Below, piece after piece: positions 58,022-64,000 of a stretch of DNA of 64,000 bases; the stretch's first letter is position 1, and every line of letters begins with the position of its first letter. The notes beneath the pieces were generated by a model, which was not told the DNA's origin, searched no databases, and saw only the letters and a program-made list of their open reading frames with translations. The position numbers and the translations under genes are program-made. Source of the DNA: Azolla caroliniana (lineage: Eukaryota; Plantae; Polypodiophyta); assembly GCA_043228905.1 (NCBI GenBank), contig JBHGNT010000007.1, positions 20,522,001 through 20,586,000 on the forward strand, in the 5' to 3' direction.

Positions 58022-59058
58022 ATGTTAGTATCTTTACATCTTATTCACTTTCCTTTAAGCTTGCAAAATAAATATAATCTTGTCCCAAAGAGACCAAGAA
58101 GCTAACCTTATTTCACACATCTTTGTTACACCATATATAAATATTGTTAAAACACATGCCACATCAAGGGTCTAATTGCATCACATCATCAAGATCCCTA
58201 TAGTGGAATGTAAAAATAAAGTTTGAAGTTTGAATTTAACCATGTCATGAAGCTTTGGCCTGGTAATTGTGGACAATGCTAATCTAGTGCCACACAAATA
58301 GATCATGGCCTTTTATGAGTGTGAAAACTAAGTAATAGTGGGCACAATACTTTTTGAGATGTCCATTTCAAATGAGGTATGCTGTTCTGTAGAGTGATTG
58401 GGTAGGATGCGATAGACATGTTCCTCTTACATGGGAAAGTTTTGCCTCCGTTCTAGTTTGTTCTTTTGCTTACGAGTGGCGAGCCAAATGCATATTCAAA
58501 CAACAAAAAGCCTTGAAAACCCCCTTGTTAACTTTGTTTTATTTCTTTGGATACCCCTTAATTTTCTTTAGTTCCTTGCCACCGTTGGTGAATTCTCAAG
58601 GAAACAATCATTTGGTCGATATTCATCGTCTTATTCGTGATAGATGTGCCAATTCGAGCATTTTTACATGGCCAATTCACTATCTTCTCTATTAAACTGT
58701 GCATTAAGCAAGGGCATTTCGAGAGATAAATGAAACAAAGGAGATGAGGGGAGGGGTATTTTAGAGGTTTTGCGAGTAACCTGGTATACATGTGTGTGGG
58801 CCAAATTTGGTCTTAGAAGACATTAATATATCTTTCTTTCTTTCTCAAGTAGCCTAAGAGAGAACAAATGAATGAATATGCCGCCCATAGGTTCATCAAA
58901 ATTTGGGAGAAGAAGAGAGCTAGCATCTCTTCTCTTTGTTTGTGGGCGAATCCAATCTGTAATATACAAATATATACAACACCTATACAAAAGGAGATGG
59001 AAACACAGGCAAAGGCAATGTTCCCAAGTGTTTTCTTCTTCAAACAGAAAAAGAAGCC

Positions 59059-61151
59059 ATGGAAGCCTATTATTGCATGGCCAAAATGGCTTCAAATCCA
59101 TCGCCCACATTGCCCATTAGCATTAATCTGAGACCAATCCGAGTAATTAACAGAACCCATCTCTGGAAATGCTCCATCAAGCCAATAGACACACCATCAT
59201 CATCGCATGTTATACTCACACCCCCTCATCTAAGAGACTACATAGACCCCCTTCCCACCCATGTGAGCCCCCTCTTACATAGCCCCTATTTCCACACCAA
59301 TGATGGATTCTGGCTCTCTAGCTCCGACAAGGTCGCCCAAAATGTGGCGGTCGACTTCCGTGACGAATCGGTCTCGTATATGCAAACTTACTTCCCTCGG
59401 GCTGGCCCTCGACATGATGTCGTCTTTGTCCCCGACAATGTGAAAGCGGCCATCGTCACTTGTGGTGGCCTATGTCCGGGGCTTAATAGTGTGGTTAGGG
59501 AGCTTGTGGATGGCTTGTGGTATCAATATGGGGTTAGAGAGATCCATGGTATACAAGGGGGCTATAGAGGTTTTTACTCAAGTGACACTATGCCCTTGAA
59601 TCCTAGGGTTGTGGATGGGTGGCATCGCATTGGGGGCACCAGATTGGGCACGTCGAGAGGAGGATTCGACCTCACCAAGATCGTCGATTCGATTCAGCAT
59701 CGAGGGTTTAACCACGTATACATTATAGGTGGGGATGGAACCTTGAAAGGTGCCCTAGCAATCTATGAGGAAGTCCGAAGGCGAGGCATCAAGGCTTCGG
59801 TGGCCGGGATCCCGAAGACGGTGGACAATGATGTTGGTATCATCGATCGGTATGACTCTTGATTCCTGTTGTCAAGTGAAAGATTGGTATGACTCTTGAT
59901 TCCTGTTGTCAAGTGAAAGATTAGCCGATCAATCATCTTAGGTGTAAATTTCTCAATGTAATGTTATTGATGGTCTAAATGTTTATGGGAGTGACATTTA
60001 ATTATTGAATCTAGGTGTAAATTCTCAATGAATTGTTATTGATGATCTAAATGTTTATGGGAGTGACATTGAATTCTGAATGAATTTCTATTTGAAACAT
60101 TTTTATGTGTTTTAAGTGGAAAGTTACTTGACAACATTTGACAAAATCCTGAAAGAAATGCTAAATGTTTTAAATTCATGTTTTTATGTAACCATAAACC
60201 TTAAACATGAGAATTGTGGCTTGTTAAAATTCCATAATGCTCATTGACAAAAATACAAGTGTTGAAATTTAAGGAACATTTGAAAGAAAATTTTTGCTAA
60301 AAATCAATGATAATTTTGAAGTATAGGGAGCCTTCATCATCATAGGGTTACTAACGCAAACCCCAAACCCTAAACCTTAAACCCTAAACCCATGATATTC
60401 TAACTGTACTCTTTAAATTATTTTCTTTAGGTCCTTCGGTTTCCAAACAGCTGTCGAAAAGGCTCAAGAAGCCATCCAAGCCGGGCATGTGGAAGCGGAG
60501 AGCACGCCCAATGGAATCGGACTTGTGAAATTGATGGGCCGAAATGCGGGGCACATTGCGGTGCATGCATCCTTGGGTAGTCGAGATGTCGATTGTTGCC
60601 TCATACCTGAGGTCCCCTTCTTCTTGGATGGTCCGGGAGGCCTCTTCGAGTTTGTGGAGGGGAGGCTCAAGGAGAATGGCCATTGTGTGCTTGTGGTGGC
60701 CGAAGGAGCCGGACAAGAGTTTCTCGAGCGAGCCAATAAAACTAGTGCCGAAAAAGATTTGTCTGGAAACGTGGCATTGCATGACATCGGATTATGGTTG
60801 GGGAAAAGGTTGAAGGATTGGTGGAAAAGCAAACACCCCAAGGAGTTGTTTGCTCTCAAGTACATTGATCCTACATACATGATTAGGGCAGTCCCAAGTA
60901 ATGCTTCAGATACGGAATATTGCACTTTGCTAGCACATTCAGCTTTACATGGAGCCATGGCTGGTTACACTGGCTTTGTTGCAGGTCTCATTAATGGGAA
61001 ATTTTGCTACATTCCTCTTGAGATGGTACCAAACTCACAACATGTGGTTGATGTCACAAGTCATGTATGGAATTGGTTGAAGAGTGTAAATAACCAACCC
61101 GATTTCATCGTTCCTAGTGAAGAGCCCCTAGAAAACAATCAAACAACATAG
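59059..61151 (+). CDS. PFK2: ATP-dependent 6-phosphofructokinase, PFK2-like; exons 59059-59849 and 60431-61151 (~503 aa)
   Basis: [45 protein letters not shown] and YIDPTYMIR motifs. GT-AG intron 59850-60430 joins [13 protein letters not shown] in frame. Confidence 0.93.
60358..60392 (+). repeat. Interstitial telomere-like (AAACCCT)n, ~4.5 degenerate units in the PFK intron
   Basis: AAACCCCAAACCCTAAACCTTAAACCCTAAACCC. Confidence 0.8.
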
Positions 61152-62122
61152 GGATCATTGTGGCTTCCCTACAATATATTATATAAAATCTAAGAGTTTA
61201 ATTCTATAGAGCATATCCCATTGATTCCACTAAAAAATACCTTGTTTTCCCCCATTCATAAAATTCATTGTGTTGTAAACTTTTGTACAATATGCCTCAT
61301 GAGTTGTAATTGTGTCTAGTCATGGAAGACTTATAAAAGGCAATGGAATAAGCAACTTGTTTGTTTTCTTTTGATCCTCTATGCATTCATTAATCACCCC
61401 CATCTCCAAGATGATAGAATTCCTACCTGCGTGCTATAGAGAGAGTGGCTTCTAGCATGGATCTAAATGTAGAGGTGTTTGGTCATAATTATACATATGG
61501 TGCCAACTTCAAGAAACCTTGGCATTTCCAAGAGAGAAAATTCCAAGTTGTTGCACAATAATAAATCGTGACACCCTCTCCATGACTTTCTCTTACGTGT
61601 AAAACCTTGCCACCATCCTTCACTCAAAGCTTTTCTAATTATGGCATTAGAAAATGAATATTTACAAGACATTGCCTAAAATGCATTATGCGATCACTAC
61701 CCCATGCTGTTATAACATTCAAGTAAACAAACTCACCCACAAATCTATGGATGTTCACATAAACTAAAGTCTTGTTTTTTAGTCTTATAAACAATGTCAA
61801 AAATTAAAATTATATAGAATAGTTAAAAATATATATTGTAGAAAATATTCGCTATAATGGTTGTATATTGCCTCCTTGACATTGATTGTTAGATATATAT
61901 TCTAGAATGTCAAGTATGTGAAAGAATGAGAATTGGGTGATACAACTCCTTTCACATGTCTTATTCTCTTCTTTGTTATGGAAATAAATTGTATTATATC
62001 ATAAAAGATCTACTTCTGAGGGATAATTGGTAACACCCTTGGGAATGATTGATTGTAGGCGAGGGAATCAATCCCCATATAATATTTTTGGGTAGGATAA
62101 ATGACAGTCTTGTGATGGAGAG

Positions 62123-62677
62123 TAGCAATGGGCACGGTTTCGGCTCAAACCAAACCAAACCGTTAAGCCATGGTTTAACGGTTTACTGGTTCCAATTTTT
62201 TTTTAATGGTTTGGTTTGGTTTGGATTCTCGATAAATGGTTCGGTTCGGTTCTAAAACTCGGGTTTATAGGTTTAGTTTAAAGGTTTTCGGTTAACTGTT
62301 TTTTTTATACCTTAATAGTTAATTGATATAATGGTTTAATTAATGGTTTTTTATTGATTTAATTAATTTAACTTAAATGTTTATTTAATTTAATGGTTCA
62401 ATTAAAGTTTCTTTTATTGATTTAATAAATTTAACTTAAATGCTTATTTAATTTAATGTATTTTTGTTTCTTTAGATATTTAACTAGTTCGACTTAAGTG
62501 GTTAGGTTTAAATTTTTTTATTAAATGGTTCGGTTTGGTTTTACATTTCCCTAAACGGTTTGGTTTAAACTTGTTCTTAAATGGTTTGGTTTAAATACTG
62601 AGAGTTCATAAACGGTTTGGTTTGGTTTCTTTGCCTTGAAACTGAACTGAACCGAAACCGAACCGTGCCCATTGCTA
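62123..62677. mobile_element. Non-autonomous hAT element (MITE), 555 bp
   Basis: 17-bp TIR TAGCAATGGGCACGGTT, 8-bp TSD ATGGAGAG (62115-62122, 62678-62685), and AAACC/GGTTT subterminal repeats. Confidence 0.95.
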
Positions 62678-63410
62678 ATGGAGAGGCAACAAGTTTTGGG
62701 GAAAGTCTAAAGGCTTCCCCTAGACTTGAAGTGAGCCTTAATATCTCCTTTCAACAAAAATAAATACGAGCAATAAAATCACACATAGAGTAATTATCTA
62801 ATTATAAATTAAAATAATGAGAAAACATTCCATTACATCATTGTTTAAATTTCGTAGTTTGCCATGAAATGCTCATATTCTCCAATTTTTTGTATATAAT
62901 CCATCATGATATGCCATTTTGTCCAATCTATGTTAAGTACATACTATACATTATTGCAAAGCTACATGCATACATGTGAATTGTGAGCAACACCACCGAG
63001 GACTTGAACCAAGGAAGCTGGGTTTGGCTAGATTTGATGACTTCAAGACCATCATCAATATCAATTGTAGTCAATCCTAGCTTTCTTCATATGATTTGAT
63101 AGATTTTGACAATGTGACTCGTGTGTCTGTGTATGTGAAATCCTACGTGTAGGTATACATTTGAGGACATGTATTGACGTTTAGGTTTATGTAATTGCCT
63201 TGCATATGTGTGTATAGATTTGAATGTGTCTTTGTATGAATATATGAATGTGTATGTTTTTTATATATTGATATCTGGAAGTGTGTAACTGTGTATGTAT
63301 ATGTATTTGTATTTATGTGTAAATTTATTGTTTACTCTGGGTTGGAATTAGCCTCAAACACAAGGTGTTCGTTTCGGAACACTTCACCAAAGTGGTGGTT
63401 AAGGGATGGA

Positions 63411-64000
63411 TGTTATCCGGCTATCCGATTCCGATCCGACTAATTCCAGTTACTTCCGGGTTGTTAAGACCAAGCAGATTAGTTACAACACGCGTAAGAT
63501 TAAAAATTGAAGCGTAGAACGACAACTACACAGAGACACAATAGAATTAAAACAGAAGACTAATCTTATATTAGTTCCGTTAAACCAATTACATCGATTC
63601 CAGACCCTTTTATAAGCATTCGGTAGGAAATACAAAACGGTGCCTTACCGGCTACCGGCACTATTAATTGGTGCGGATCCAGATTGGTACAACTGTTTGG
63701 ATCCGTTTGTTCCTATAATATTTCCTAACTAATAATTATGATTCTAATTATAATATTATTCTCTGACTCGTCCTTGTACACATTAACCCTCCGGATCATA
63801 CTCTAGGCCAACATTTGGGTGGGTTTGTCGTTAATTGACTTGTACACCATGTTAGTCATGTGATCTCTCTACATTTATTATGTACATACACATTGACATC
63901 ATTGTCGTTCTTTGACTTGTACACCCTGCTAGTCATATCCTTGTGATATGTTCTTCTCTCCGTTAATCATCTTCTTCGGCTACTATTTCTTCTTGCCGCT
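63411..64000. mobile_element. Possible LTR running off the window
   Basis: Abrupt TGTTATCCGG start, CCGG-containing, CTTTTATAAG at ~63607, short internal repeats. No second end visible. Confidence 0.35.

Noticed and set aside
60358-60392. True chromosome end
   Set aside because: Only 35 bp, degenerate, and inside an intron.

Overview
Eukaryotic land-plant genomic DNA. A fern or other seed-free plant is inferred from the PPR style and a Tcn1-like chromovirus; this is not proven. Bases ~1-49,230 are a nested LTR-retrotransposon cluster. It holds at least nine Ty1/copia elements or remnants, including one intact young element (7376-12794) and a near-identical sibling in opposite orientation (1635-7126). 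It also holds one Ty3/gypsy chromovirus (32422-44138), Copia solo LTRs, a family of 4-bp-TSD solo-LTR-like elements and a ~150-bp-period palindrome array. Most boundaries are fixed by TSDs read from the sequence. The remaining ~15 kb holds an intronless RING gene, a truncated PLS-PPR ORF, a two-exon PFK2-like phosphofructokinase and a hAT MITE. The most interesting signals are four. (1) Two different LTR families carry a tRNA-like A-box/B-box cassette (mostly 43-nt spacing) pointing away from the LTR TATA box. (2) The gypsy element has a Tf1-type self-priming PBS and a clear -1 frameshift signal. (3) One Copia element has captured a PBS copy inside both LTRs. (4) A near-invariant U5 motif can pair with the tRNAiMet anticodon loop. 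All counts and identities were estimated by eye.
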